Of a stretch of 64,000 bases of DNA, positions 51,940 to 60,569 are shown piece after piece. Numbering within the stretch: the stretch's first letter is position 1; each line of letters starts with the position of its first letter. Below the pieces are notes generated by a model. It saw only the letters and a program-made list of their open reading frames with translations, had not been told where the DNA came from and ran no database searches. The position numbers and the translations under genes were made by a program. The stretch is taken from contig CAVZMH010000018.1 in NCBI GenBank assembly GCA_963776345.1, positions 133,704 to 197,703 of the forward strand. The letters run 5' to 3'. The DNA comes from an uncultured delta proteobacterium. GTDB taxonomy: Bacteria; Myxococcota; Myxococcia; Myxococcales; Myxococcaceae.

Positions 51940-51973
51940 TGGAGGGCTGGCCCCTTGTGGGGCAATCCGCCAC
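51940..51973. promoter_or_regulatory. Tandem enhancer-like palindromes (19-bp period)
   Basis: TGGAGGGCTGGCCCC-ttgt-GGGGCAATCCGCCAC (first copy degenerate); a further copy GTGACAGCTCGCAAC near 51989. Confidence 0.5.
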
Positions 51974-52055
51974 GGCGCTCGATTCGTTGTGACAGCTCGC
52001 AACGCCGGACGACCCTAGTGCCGGTCCATCTCCGGAGAATGACGCCGTAACGTCA

Positions 52056-52071
52056 GGGCACGAAACCTGCT
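52056..52071 (+). promoter_or_regulatory. Putative sigma-54 promoter of the operon ending in the sigma-54 activator
   Basis: GGGCACGAAACCTGCT = GG-N10-GC with GGCACG. Confidence 0.65.
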
Positions 52072-52105
52072 CTGACCATGCGGGGAGAACGCACGGAGGG
52101 CTCTC

Positions 52106-52315
52106 ATGTCCGGCTCGAAGCGTCGCAGTGCTTTCGTCAAGAGGCAGTCCCGGGTCAGCAGAAACACGGCAGCTGCATCGGTGCGGACCACCCTGGGTGA
52201 ACTGATCGTCGCCGCCTTCGACATCGTCGGCAATCGAGTGCCAGACGTGGCCCAGCTCCTGGCCTCCCCGGAGCTGGGACGCGCAGCACACGGGCGGATC
52301 GTCCTTGTCCGGTGA
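52106..52315 (+). CDS. Small hypothetical protein
   Basis: GGAGG RBS; basic N-terminus, VRTTLGELIVAAFD...VAQLLASPEL...RIVLV. Confidence 0.7.
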   Translation: MSGSKRRSAFVKRQSRVSRNTAAASVRTTLGELIVAAFDIVGNRVPDVAQLLASPELGRAAHGRIVLVR

Positions 52316-52620
52316 TCCGGATGCTCCCTCCACGCACCTCCCGGCACGAGACGCGAGCAACTGTTCCCGCCTCCGAGGATGACGTCGTCGAACGAGCGGC
52401 TGAGGTGTTCGTCCAACGGCTCGAGCGCCTCGTCGAGCAGGGTCTGCCGCTGGTCGATGCTCGCCGGGTCGCGCTGGTGGTCGCCCTGGCGAGCATCGCC
52501 CACGAGCCGGACTCCGATCGATTGGCGCCGCTCATCCAGGCAGCACTGACTGGCCCGGGTCGCCATCGCGGAGATTGTTCTCACCAGTCGGGTCTGCTAC
52601 TCGCGTTCAGGCGTGGGTGA
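52312..52620 (+). CDS. Hypothetical protein
   Basis: GTGA overlap with the upstream gene; fills the gap to the activator gene. Confidence 0.5.
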   Translation: MIRMLPPRTSRHETRATVPASEDDVVERAAEVFVQRLERLVEQGLPLVDARRVALVVALASIAHEPDSDRLAPLIQAALTGPGRHRGDCSHQSGLLLAFRRG

Positions 52621-52630
52621 CGAGAAGCGC

Positions 52631-54022
52631 ATGAGCGGGCGATTGCTGGTCGTCGACGACGACCGCGAGACCTGTGATCTACTCCGGGAGATCCTCGAGC
52701 ACGCCGGCTACCAAGTCACCGCGCTCATCTCGGCCCGGGAGGCCCTGACGCGGGTCGTGGCCGACGACTTCGACGCCGTGCTCACCGACCTGGGAATGGC
52801 GGAGATGAACGGCATCGATCTCTGCCGTCGCATCCTCGAGGCGCGGCCGGACATGCCGGTCATCGTCGGGACCGGCCAGGGCAGCATGGAGACCGCCATC
52901 GCTGCGATGCGCGCCGGCGCCTACGACTTCGTCACCAAGCCGTTCGATCCGAAGCTGCTGGTACTCACGCTCGCCCGCGGCGTGCAGCACCACCGGCTGC
53001 GGAGCGAGCTGAAGCGCCTGCAGCGCGACATCGCCTCCCGGACGGCCCCGGGATTGATTGGTCAGTCCGCCGGAATGCAACGGGTGCTGGAACTGGTGGG
53101 GCGGGTGGCTGACTCCGAGACCTCGGTCCTCATCCAGGGCGAGACCGGGACCGGCAAGGAGCTGGTCGCCCGGCTCATTCACCGCAGCGGCAAGCGACGC
53201 GACGGCCCGTTCGTGGCGGTGAACTGCGCCGCCGTCCCGCATGCGCTCATCGAGAGCGAGCTCTTCGGCCACGCGCGCGGTGCCTTCACCGATGCACGGA
53301 CCCAGCGCACCGGACTGTTCCTGGAGGCCAGCGGCGGCACCCTGTTCTTGGACGAGGTCGGTGAGCTGCCGCTCGAAACCCAGCCCAAGCTGCTGCGCGC
53401 GCTCCAGGAACGCACGGTGCGCCCGGTTGGCTCCAACAGCGAGCAGCCATTCGACGTTCGCCTCGTGGCGGCCACCAACCGGGACTTGGAGTTCGAGGTC
53501 TTCGAGAAGCGCTTCCGCGAGGACCTCTACTACCGCATCAACGTGGTGACGGTGGAGCTTCCCCCGCTTCGCAACCGCGGCACCGACGTTCTGGCACTGA
53601 CCCAGCACTTCCTGGGCAGATTCGCCGAGCGCGCCGGGCGGGCGCCGCTCACCATCGCTCCTTCCACCGCGGAGAAGCTGCTCGCCTATGCCTGGCCAGG
53701 CAACGTCCGCGAGCTGGAGAACTGCCTCGAGCGGGGGGTGACCCTGGCCCGCTTCGACCAGCTCACGGTGGATGATCTCCCGGACAAGATCCGCAACTTC
53801 AAGGCGGAGAGTTTCGTGGTCGCTGCCGACGACCCGACGGAGGTGGTGACGCTCGAGGAGCTGGAGCGGCGCTACATCGTGCGCGTGCTCTCGCTGGTGG
53901 GCGGAAACAAGTCGCAGGCGGCGCAGATGCTCGGTGTCGACCGCAGGACGCTGTACCGCAAGCTGGCGCGCTACCAGGGTACCGCGAGCCCTGAGGGCGA
54001 GGCCGATGCGGACCAGGGCTGA
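52631..54022 (+). CDS. Sigma-54-dependent response regulator (REC, AAA+, Fis HTH; NtrC/ZraR family)
   Basis: LLVVDDD, GETGTGKELVA, ESELFGHARGAFTDA, GGTLFLDEVGE, FREDLYYRINV, WPGNVRELEN, GGNKSQAAQMLGVDRRTLYRKL. Confidence 0.95.
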   Translation: MSGRLLVVDDDRETCDLLREILEHAGYQVTALISAREALTRVVADDFDAVLTDLGMAEMNGIDLCRRILEARPDMPVIVGTGQGSMETAIAAMRAGAYDFVTKPFDPKLLVLTLARGVQHHRLRSELKRLQRDIASRTAPGLIGQSAGMQRVLELVGRVADSETSVLIQGETGTGKELVARLIHRSGKRRDGPFVAVNCAAVPHALIESELFGHARGAFTDARTQRTGLFLEASGGTLFLDEVGELPLETQPKLLRALQERTVRPVGSNSEQPFDVRLVAATNRDLEFEVFEKRFREDLYYRINVVTVELPPLRNRGTDVLALTQHFLGRFAERAGRAPLTIAPSTAEKLLAYAWPGNVRELENCLERGVTLARFDQLTVDDLPDKIRNFKAESFVVAADDPTEVVTLEELERRYIVRVLSLVGGNKSQAAQMLGVDRRTLYRKLARYQGTASPEGEADADQG

Positions 54023-54049
54023 CTTACGGCCGGGTTGAAGCGGGCGAGT

Positions 54050-54083
54050 GTGCCGAACGGCCCCGGGCGGGACATTCCGCACC
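54050..54083. promoter_or_regulatory. Tandem enhancer-like palindromes (19-bp period)
   Basis: GTGCCGAACGGCCCC-gggc-GGGACATTCCGCACC. Confidence 0.55.
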
Positions 54084-54123
54084 GGTCGAAGCTCGCAAGT
54101 CCCTGATCTCGACCCTGCGGCGA

Positions 54124-54139
54124 CGGCACCCGACTTGCT
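54124..54139 (+). promoter_or_regulatory. Putative sigma-54 promoter of csbD
   Basis: CGGCACCCGACTTGCT, near consensus; IHF-like GATCAgggacTTG on the minus strand near 54096-54108. Confidence 0.75.
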
Positions 54140-54182
54140 TGAGCCGGGTAATCGTCAACCCGTCACCCAAGAGGATCAGCTC

Positions 54183-54431
54183 ATGAACTGGCAACAGGTC
54201 GAGGGGCAGTGGAAACAAGTGAAGGCGCAGGCAAAGTCGAAGTGGGCCAAGCTCACCGACGACGACCTGCGAAATCTCGAGGCGAAGAAGGACTCCATCG
54301 TCGGCAAGCTGCAGGAGCGATACGGCCTGATGAAGGACGAGGCCGAGCGGCAGGTCGACTCGTTCATCGACGCCCTCACGCCGGATCGCACCTCCACCTC
54401 CGCGCAGAGCGAGCGCTCGACCAAGCGCTGA
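54183..54431 (+). CDS. csbD: CsbD/YjbJ family stress protein
   Basis: MNWQQVEGQWKQVKAQAKSKWAKLTDDDL...VGKLQERYG. Confidence 0.9.
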   Translation: MNWQQVEGQWKQVKAQAKSKWAKLTDDDLRNLEAKKDSIVGKLQERYGLMKDEAERQVDSFIDALTPDRTSTSAQSERSTKR

Positions 54432-54495
54432 GCTGCCGGGCACTCGGCGCGAACGCCCGCGGAGCAGCGCTCACCGCGGGCGTTGGTGCGTCCGG

Positions 54496-56145
54496 TCAGG
54501 CGCGCGGTAGGCAGAAGCCAACGGTGGTCCCCTTGCCCGGTGCGCTCTTCACCCGGATCTCGCCGCCATGAGCATCGACGATGCCCTTGGCGATGAACAG
54601 CCCCAGGCCTGCACCGCCGTCCCGCGCCGCAGACCCCTTCCAGTAGCGCTCGAAGAGGTGGTCGAGGTGCTCGGATGGGATTCCCGGACCATTGTCGGTG
54701 ACGGAGAAACAGATCCGTGCGCCTTCTGCTGCGACGGAGAGTCGGATCGTTCCTCCGTCACGGGGTACGAACTTCAGCGCGTTTCCCATCAGGTTGGAGA
54801 GCAGCTGGAGCACCCGATCGCGGTCGGCCTGAACCACCAGCGACGGGTCCACTGCTCCCGTCTCGACCCGCGTACCCTGGCTCTCCGCCAGCGGCAGCGC
54901 CGACTCGACGGCATCGACGATCAGCGTTCCGGCCCTCTCCGGCTTGAGAGTGACCGGGAGCTTCCCGGAATCGACTCGCGAGGCGTCGAGGAGGTCCTCG
55001 ATCAGCCGGTTCATCCGGGTGACGTTTTGCTCGATGCGCTGGACCAGGGGCAGCGCACCGGGGGGAGCTCCGTCGGGACCCTCGGAGAGCGTATTGCGGA
55101 GCATCGACGCGCTCATTGCCACCACGTTGAGCGGGTTCCGGAGGTCGTGGGAGACGATGGCCAGAACATCGTCCCGGGTGGTGGTGGCATCCTGGGCGGC
55201 GCGGTAGAGCCGACCGTTCTCCAGCGCCACCGACGCCGTCTGTGCAAGCTGTACCAGGATCGCCTCGTCGCTGGCGTCGAAGTCCCCCTCCTCGCGGTCG
55301 GTGAGCTGGAGCGTCCCCAGCGCCTTGCCATCGCTCCCCACCAGCGGAGCGGCGAGCAGCCCGCGCACCGTCACCCCCTCGAAGCGCCTGGAACAGGCTG
55401 CCGTCCAGGCCGGGTTCGCCTCCAGCTCGGTCTGGTTGAAGCGGACGCTCTTGCGCGATTCTCGCACCAGCGCTGCCCAGCGGAGGTCCGCCTCGTCGAT
55501 GGGCATGCCGCTGTACGGCCGGTACTTCCTCGACAGTGCCCTGCGCTCCACCGCCGTCCTGCCCGCACCGCCGTCCAGCTGTGCCACCGCCACGTTCGCG
55601 CCGATCAGCTCTCGGGCGGTCTGGCTGATGTGATCCAGCGCCTCGTCCAGCGTCTGAGCGCCGTGGATGCCGACGCTCGCCTCCGCGAGGCGCTGGAGTT
55701 GCTCCGCTTGGCGCTGCAGCATCCTCCGCGCGTCCCGCGTCCGCCGGTCCGCGTCACGCAGTCGCAGAGCCTGGCGGATGCTCTGGGTCAGCCGTCCCGG
55801 GGTGAGCGTACCCTTGGGCAGGTAGTCGGCCGCTCCGGCCTTCATCAGCTCCACCGCCAGGGCCTCGTCGCCCGCGCCGGTGAGCATGATGATCGGCGTG
55901 TCGACGTTCTGGTGACGCACCTCCTGGAGGATCTCCAGCCCGTCGCCTCCGGGGAGCTGGAAGTCGAGGAGGGCGACGTCGATGCGGCTGTTTCCCAGGA
56001 GAGCCTCGCGAGCGCCGGCAAAGTCGATCGCCTCCGTGACCTGGGCGGGCAGGCCGGCGCTGCGGAGCGCCCGCTGCACCGCGGCACGGTCCACCTCGTC
56101 GTCGTCGACGAGGAGAACGGCGAGGCGGTCACCCTGGACGGTCAT
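54496..56145 (-). CDS. Hybrid sensor kinase (REC, GAF, HisKA, HATPase)
   Basis: LLVDDDEVD receiver, GLLAAPLV...FDASDEAIL GAF, SHDLRNPL, NLMGNALKF, DNGPGI, GAGLGL. Confidence 0.92.
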   Translation of the reverse strand: MTVQGDRLAVLLVDDDEVDRAAVQRALRSAGLPAQVTEAIDFAGAREALLGNSRIDVALLDFQLPGGDGLEILQEVRHQNVDTPIIMLTGAGDEALAVELMKAGAADYLPKGTLTPGRLTQSIRQALRLRDADRRTRDARRMLQRQAEQLQRLAEASVGIHGAQTLDEALDHISQTARELIGANVAVAQLDGGAGRTAVERRALSRKYRPYSGMPIDEADLRWAALVRESRKSVRFNQTELEANPAWTAACSRRFEGVTVRGLLAAPLVGSDGKALGTLQLTDREEGDFDASDEAILVQLAQTASVALENGRLYRAAQDATTTRDDVLAIVSHDLRNPLNVVAMSASMLRNTLSEGPDGAPPGALPLVQRIEQNVTRMNRLIEDLLDASRVDSGKLPVTLKPERAGTLIVDAVESALPLAESQGTRVETGAVDPSLVVQADRDRVLQLLSNLMGNALKFVPRDGGTIRLSVAAEGARICFSVTDNGPGIPSEHLDHLFERYWKGSAARDGGAGLGLFIAKGIVDAHGGEIRVKSAPGKGTTVGFCLPRA

Positions 56146-56558
56146 GGCATCTCCGCGCGGGTCCAGTAGCCTTTCAGGGCGCCCATCAGCTCGACGAAAT
56201 CGGTGAAGGTGGTGGGCTTGAGAAGGTAGCCGGCGACGTTCATCTCGAACGCCTCCGCCTTGTCGCGCTCGTCATTGGAGGTGGTGAGAACCACCACCGG
56301 AATCCTGCGCAGCGAGGGATCGCTGCGCAGCTCGTGCAGCAGCTCGATTCCGTTCATCCGCGGGAGGTTCAGATCGAGCAGGATGAGCAGCCGCTCCGCC
56401 GGTGTGGTTCCGCTGCGGAGCAACTCCAGCGCCTCGACGCCGTCAGCCGCGCGCACCACCGGGTCGGTGATGTTCGCCCTCTCGAAGGCGCGGCTGACGT
56501 TCATCACGTCGACGTCGTCATCCTCGACGAGCATGATGTTCAGCGGCCGGGCGACCAT
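56142..56558 (-). CDS. Single-domain response regulator, Rcp1-like
   Basis: MLVEDDDVD, ILLDLNLPRMNGIE, IPVVVLTTSNDERD, YLLKP, YW near the C-terminus. Confidence 0.92.
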   Translation of the reverse strand: MVARPLNIMLVEDDDVDVMNVSRAFERANITDPVVRAADGVEALELLRSGTTPAERLLILLDLNLPRMNGIELLHELRSDPSLRRIPVVVLTTSNDERDKAEAFEMNVAGYLLKPTTFTDFVELMGALKGYWTRAEMP

Positions 56559-58114
56559 CACGATCGTGTCCGCATCTTGGGCCAGGTGAAGCGGAAGGTC
56601 GCGCCCTGGCCCACCTGAGACTCTACCCAGACCCGGCCACCTTCCGTCTCCACCAGCTTCTTGACCGTGGCCAGGCCGATCCCGGTTCCCTCCACCCGAT
56701 CGCGAGAGGCGAGCGTCTGGAAGATGCCGAAGATGCGCTGCTGGTACTGCGGAGCGATACCCGGCCCGTTGTCCGCGACCTGGAACTCCCACTCGCCCCC
56801 CCGGTCCTGCGCGCGAACGCGCACCTCCGCACCGTCGCGCCGGGCATGCTTCAACGCATTGCCGAGCAGATTCATCCAGATCTGCTGGAACGGGGCGCGC
56901 TCGGCACGCAGCCGGGGCAGCTCCTGCCCCACATCGACCCGCACCGCGCCGGGCTGCGGGGCGAGGAGCTCGAGCACGTCGCGCACCAGCTGTCCCACGT
57001 CGATCTCCTCGCGCTCTCCGCCCGACTTGCCGACGCGGGCGTAGGCCAGGATTCCGTCGATGAGTGACTCCATCCTGCGCACCCGACTGAGCAGGACCCG
57101 GATGTGCTCACGGGACCGCTCGGGCATCGCCCCACCCACGTCCTCCTCCACCCACTGGGCGAGGTTGGCGATGCCCCGCAGCGGGGCCTTGAGATCGTGC
57201 GAGGCCACGTAGGCGAACTGGTTCAACTCGCGGTTGCTTCGCTCCAGAGCCACGTTGGCGGCGTTGCGCTCGGCGAGCGCGGTTTCGGCAGCGGCGCTGG
57301 CTGCGGCCAGCCGGTCGCTCAGGCTCCGCTCTGCATCCAGCTGGTGGGCCAGCTTGCGCTCGCTCTCCTCGAGACTGCTGCGCTGCGCCTCCAGCCGTGC
57401 CGCCTGCTCTTCGAGAAGCGCCTGGTTCCTCCGCTGGATGGTGACGTCGTGTCGGATCCCCACGTTGACCAGCACGGCGAGCAGGATGGCGATCACGCTG
57501 CCGGCGGCGATGACCCAGGTGGTGTAGGTGACGATCCGGTCACGCTCGCTCGTCCGCGTCACGAGGAGATCCCGCTCGCTATCGATCATCTCGTCGACCG
57601 CTCGGCGTGCGGCGTCCATCGTCTCCCGCCCGTGGCCGGTGAGGATCGCCGCTCGCGCGGTTTCCGGCCCAAGCCTCTCGAACGCCGACACCGTGTCCTC
57701 CAGCTGCTTCAGCTTCGCCTCTGCAGCGGAGCGCACGCCCTTCGCGCGTTGACGCTGCAGCTGGTTGTCACCCACCAGATCGTCGAGCATGCCCAGCAGC
57801 GCGTGGACGCGTCGGCCGGCGGCCCGGTAGGTGTCGAGGTACCGCTCGTTGTGCGTGATCAGGTAGGCCCGCTCCTCGGTCTCGGCGTCGACCAGCGCGA
57901 GCTCCGTGCGTTGCAGCGTGTCGATCAACTCGCGGTTGTGCGTCACCCAGTTCTGCGTCTCCCGGACTCCCTCGATTCCGCGGAAGGCGAGCACCGCCAC
58001 CACCAGGACGAGCATCGGCGAGAGCAGCGCCGCGAGCACCTTCCGCTCGAGCGGGCGTGAGACGGAGAGCACCTCTTCGAGAGCGCCGCGCAGCGCGCGG
58101 ACGGCGCTCGCCAT
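56558..58114 (-). CDS. CHASE3-domain sensor histidine kinase
   Basis: TM, WVTH...LVDAETEERAYLIT...YLDTY (CHASE3), TM; ELNQFAYVASHDLKAPLRGI, NLLGNALKH, GTGIGLA. Confidence 0.92.
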   Translation of the reverse strand: MASAVRALRGALEEVLSVSRPLERKVLAALLSPMLVLVVAVLAFRGIEGVRETQNWVTHNRELIDTLQRTELALVDAETEERAYLITHNERYLDTYRAAGRRVHALLGMLDDLVGDNQLQRQRAKGVRSAAEAKLKQLEDTVSAFERLGPETARAAILTGHGRETMDAARRAVDEMIDSERDLLVTRTSERDRIVTYTTWVIAAGSVIAILLAVLVNVGIRHDVTIQRRNQALLEEQAARLEAQRSSLEESERKLAHQLDAERSLSDRLAAASAAAETALAERNAANVALERSNRELNQFAYVASHDLKAPLRGIANLAQWVEEDVGGAMPERSREHIRVLLSRVRRMESLIDGILAYARVGKSGGEREEIDVGQLVRDVLELLAPQPGAVRVDVGQELPRLRAERAPFQQIWMNLLGNALKHARRDGAEVRVRAQDRGGEWEFQVADNGPGIAPQYQQRIFGIFQTLASRDRVEGTGIGLATVKKLVETEGGRVWVESQVGQGATFRFTWPKMRTRS

Positions 58115-58162
58115 CCTCACCTTCCAGCCCACAGCGCGGCTCCTCTCGATCTCGACCATCTG

Positions 58163-58178
58163 TGCAATCCACGTTCCC
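58163..58178 (-). promoter_or_regulatory. Putative sigma-54 promoter of the CHASE3 kinase operon
   Basis: Minus strand GGGAACGTGGATTGCA = GG-N10-GC with TTGCA. Confidence 0.6.
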
Positions 58179-58219
58179 GCTACAGAGGAGGAATTGCGCG
58201 GGGATGAATCGACCCTCGC

Positions 58220-58253
58220 GCACCAGCGTGCCACAACCGGGGCAATCTGCCCC
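58220..58253. promoter_or_regulatory. Tandem enhancer-like palindromes (19-bp period) centred between divergent sigma-54 promoters
   Basis: GCACCAGCGTGCCAC-aacc-GGGGCAATCTGCCCC (second copy a perfect 6-3-6 palindrome). Confidence 0.65.
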
Positions 58254-58298
58254 ATCCGCCGGGGTGTCACGAATCAGGAATCCAGCTTACTTCGGTGG

Positions 58299-58314
58299 CG
58301 GCACGCATCTGGCA
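58299..58314 (+). promoter_or_regulatory. Putative sigma-54 promoter of the sigma-32-family gene
   Basis: CGGCACGCATCTGGCA = GG-N10-GC with GGCACG. Confidence 0.6.
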
Positions 58315-58329
58315 CTGACCGACCGTGCC

Positions 58330-59205
58330 ATGGAATTCGAAAAGACCGACGTCCGAGGGGACAACGAGGAGCGGCTGCTTCGTCGGTATCTGACCGAGGT
58401 CGGGCGGCACAAGTTGCTGACCGTGGAGGAGGAACGCACGCTCTGCCGTGCCTTCCGCCAGGGGGACAAGGAGGCGGGCCGGATACTGGTCGCATCCAAT
58501 CTCCGCTTCGCCATCAAGGTCGCACGGTCCTACCGCGCCCCCGGGTTCTCGCTCACCGATCTGATTCAGGAGGCATCGCTTGGCCTGATGAAGGCGGTGG
58601 AGCGCTTCGATCCGGAGCGCGGCGTCCGGCTCATCAGCTTCGCGGTGTGGTGGATCCGCGCCCAGCTCCAGCGCTACGTGCTCCACAACTGGTCGCTGGT
58701 CAAGCTCGGTACCACCCAGGCCCAGCGACGCGTCTTCTTCGGTCTGGGCAGGGCCCTGCGCGCCACCGACGCCCACAACAGCGATGCCGAGGACCAGACG
58801 CTTGAGCTCTCCCGTCTTCTCCAGGTCGACCCGGTCGAGCTGCGCGAGACCCGTCAGCGGATGACGTCACGCGACGTCTCGCTCGACGCCCCGCTGAGCG
58901 ACGAATCGACCACCCCCCGGAGCGCCACCCTGGCGGCAGTCATTCCGGCGCCGGACGAGGAGGCTGCGGCGCAGGAGTGGACCGGACAGGTGCGCTCGGC
59001 CGTCGACCGGGCGCTGCGCATCCTCGATCCGCGCGAGCGCTTCATTGCGGAGCGGCGCCTGCTCCAGGACGATCCGCCCACCCTCTCCTCGGTGGCCGCG
59101 CACTTCGGCTTCTCCCGCGAGCGCGCGCGTCAGCTCGAGCTCCGGGCGCGCACCAAGCTGCGCGCTGCCCTCGCTCCCCTCGCTGAGACCGAGTTCGCCG
59201 CCTGA
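58330..59205 (+). CDS. RNA polymerase sigma factor, sigma-32 (RpoH) family
   Basis: LVASNLRFAIKVA, DLIQEASLGLMKAVERFDPERGVRLISFAVWWIRA, RpoH-box-like NWSLVKLGTTQAQRRVFF, FSRERARQLE. Confidence 0.92.
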   Translation: MEFEKTDVRGDNEERLLRRYLTEVGRHKLLTVEEERTLCRAFRQGDKEAGRILVASNLRFAIKVARSYRAPGFSLTDLIQEASLGLMKAVERFDPERGVRLISFAVWWIRAQLQRYVLHNWSLVKLGTTQAQRRVFFGLGRALRATDAHNSDAEDQTLELSRLLQVDPVELRETRQRMTSRDVSLDAPLSDESTTPRSATLAAVIPAPDEEAAAQEWTGQVRSAVDRALRILDPRERFIAERRLLQDDPPTLSSVAAHFGFSRERARQLELRARTKLRAALAPLAETEFAA

Positions 59206-59241
59206 AAGCAGCTGTCCCAACAAGTCACAAGGAGAAGTGCC

Positions 59242-59403
59242 ATGCTCTACTGGGCCGCAGTTTTCTTCGTCATCGCCTTGATCGCGGCGGTGTTCGGCTT
59301 CGGCGGCATCGCGGCCAGCGCCGCCGGCGTCGCGAAGATCCTCTTCTTCGTCTTCCTCGTCATCGCCGCCGTCTCGCTCCTCCTGGGCCGCAGGCCAGGT
59401 TGA
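59242..59403 (+). CDS. DUF1328 (YtjA/UPF0391) small membrane protein, 53 aa
   Basis: [62 protein letters not shown]; not in the ORF track. Confidence 0.92.
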   Translation: MLYWAAVFFVIALIAAVFGFGGIAASAAGVAKILFFVFLVIAAVSLLLGRRPG

Positions 59404-59706
59404 ACGGGACACCTTCCCATGACCAGCCAGACCCGGGCGCCTGGCGGTCTGCATCAAGGCGCTCGTTGCCCAGGCGAGGGGCGGACCCATCGCACCTTAT
59501 CGAGAGGTGGCAGGACCTCACCCCGAAGGTCGGCCGATCCGGGATCCTCTCACGACTCGCGCCGCGGAAGCACCTTGGCTACGGGCACTCGAGCGTAAGG
59601 TAGCCGTCCGGCCAACGGCGTCGTGACCGCGTGAAAGGGCCAAGGCGGCCGGCAACGCAGCGCGCGCTCGGCCTCCCCTTGCATGCCGCCAGTCCGTGCG
59701 CTACAT

Positions 59707-59726
59707 ACTGAACCAAATGGTTCAGT
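59707..59726. promoter_or_regulatory. ArsR-type operator overlapping the start codon
   Basis: ACTGAACCA-AA-TGGTTCAGT perfect 9-2-9 palindrome. Confidence 0.75.
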
Positions 59727-60082
59727 CTTACCATGCCCGCCTCGATGCCTCGTTCTCCGCGCTCTCGGACGCGACCCGGCGCGGCGTTCTGGAGCAGCTC
59801 GGCCGTGCAGATGCTTCCATCACGGACCTTGCCGAGAAATTCCACATGACCCTCACGGGCATGAAGAAGCACGTCGGCGTCTTGGAGCAGGCCGGGCTCG
59901 TCGCCACGGAGAAGGTCGGGCGCGTGCGGACCTGCAAGCTCGGCCCGCGCCGACTGGAGCAAGAGACGGCTTGGATCGAGGGGTACCGCCAGCTCTGGGC
60001 TTCACGCTTCGACGAGTTGGACACGGTTGTCGAGGAACTGAAACGGAAGGAGAAGGTCGATGGACGCAAGAAGAGAGAGTGA
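59717..60082 (+). CDS. ArsR/SmtB family transcriptional regulator
   Basis: FSALSDATRRGVLEQL, MTLTGMKKHVGVLEQAGLV, KVGRVRTC. Confidence 0.9.
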   Translation: MVQSYHARLDASFSALSDATRRGVLEQLGRADASITDLAEKFHMTLTGMKKHVGVLEQAGLVATEKVGRVRTCKLGPRRLEQETAWIEGYRQLWASRFDELDTVVEELKRKEKVDGRKKRE

Positions 60083-60569
60083 GCCCAACTCCGTCAAGAA
60101 CCACACGACGGCGGAACGGAAGTCCGAGCGGGAGCTGGTCGTCTCGCGAACCTTCAACGCCCCGGCGCGCATCGTGTTCGAGGCGTGGACCAAGCCCGAG
60201 CTGCTCATGCGGTGGTGGGCACCGAAGTCATTTGGCGTGTCCTTCCTCTCGTGCGAGGCCGATGTTCGTGTGGGGGGCACGTACCGTTTCGTGTTCGCCC
60301 ACCCTGCCTCAACGCAGCCGATGGAGTTCTTCGGTAGGTACATCGAAGTGTCACCGCACTCGCGCCTCGTCTGGACGAATGACGAAGGTGGTGACGGTGG
60401 GGCCGTCACCACGGTGACCTTCGATGAGAAAGGCGGCAAGACGCTGCTCGTCATGCATGACCTCTATCCCTCGAAGGAAGCTCTCGACGGTGCCATCGCC
60501 TCCGGGAGTACTAATGGGGGGGAGACGTTCGAGCAACTGGACGAGCTTCTCGTCGCCCTGGGAGCGTAA
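60060..60569 (+). CDS. SRPBCC (AHA1/START-like) domain protein
   Basis: ELVVSRTFNAPARIVFEAWTKPELLMRWW, DVRVGGTYR, RLVWT. Confidence 0.9.
   Translation: MDARRESEPNSVKNHTTAERKSERELVVSRTFNAPARIVFEAWTKPELLMRWWAPKSFGVSFLSCEADVRVGGTYRFVFAHPASTQPMEFFGRYIEVSPHSRLVWTNDEGGDGGAVTTVTFDEKGGKTLLVMHDLYPSKEALDGAIASGSTNGGETFEQLDELLVALGA

Noticed and set aside
53278..53296. GAFTDA instead of GAFTGA suggesting a non-functional activator
   Set aside because: GAFTDA is a common natural variant and the other AAA+ motifs are intact.
58219..58234. TGGCACGCTGGTGC on the minus strand as a sigma-54 promoter
   Set aside because: Spacing is GG-N9-GC, one base short; better explained as one of the tandem enhancer sites.
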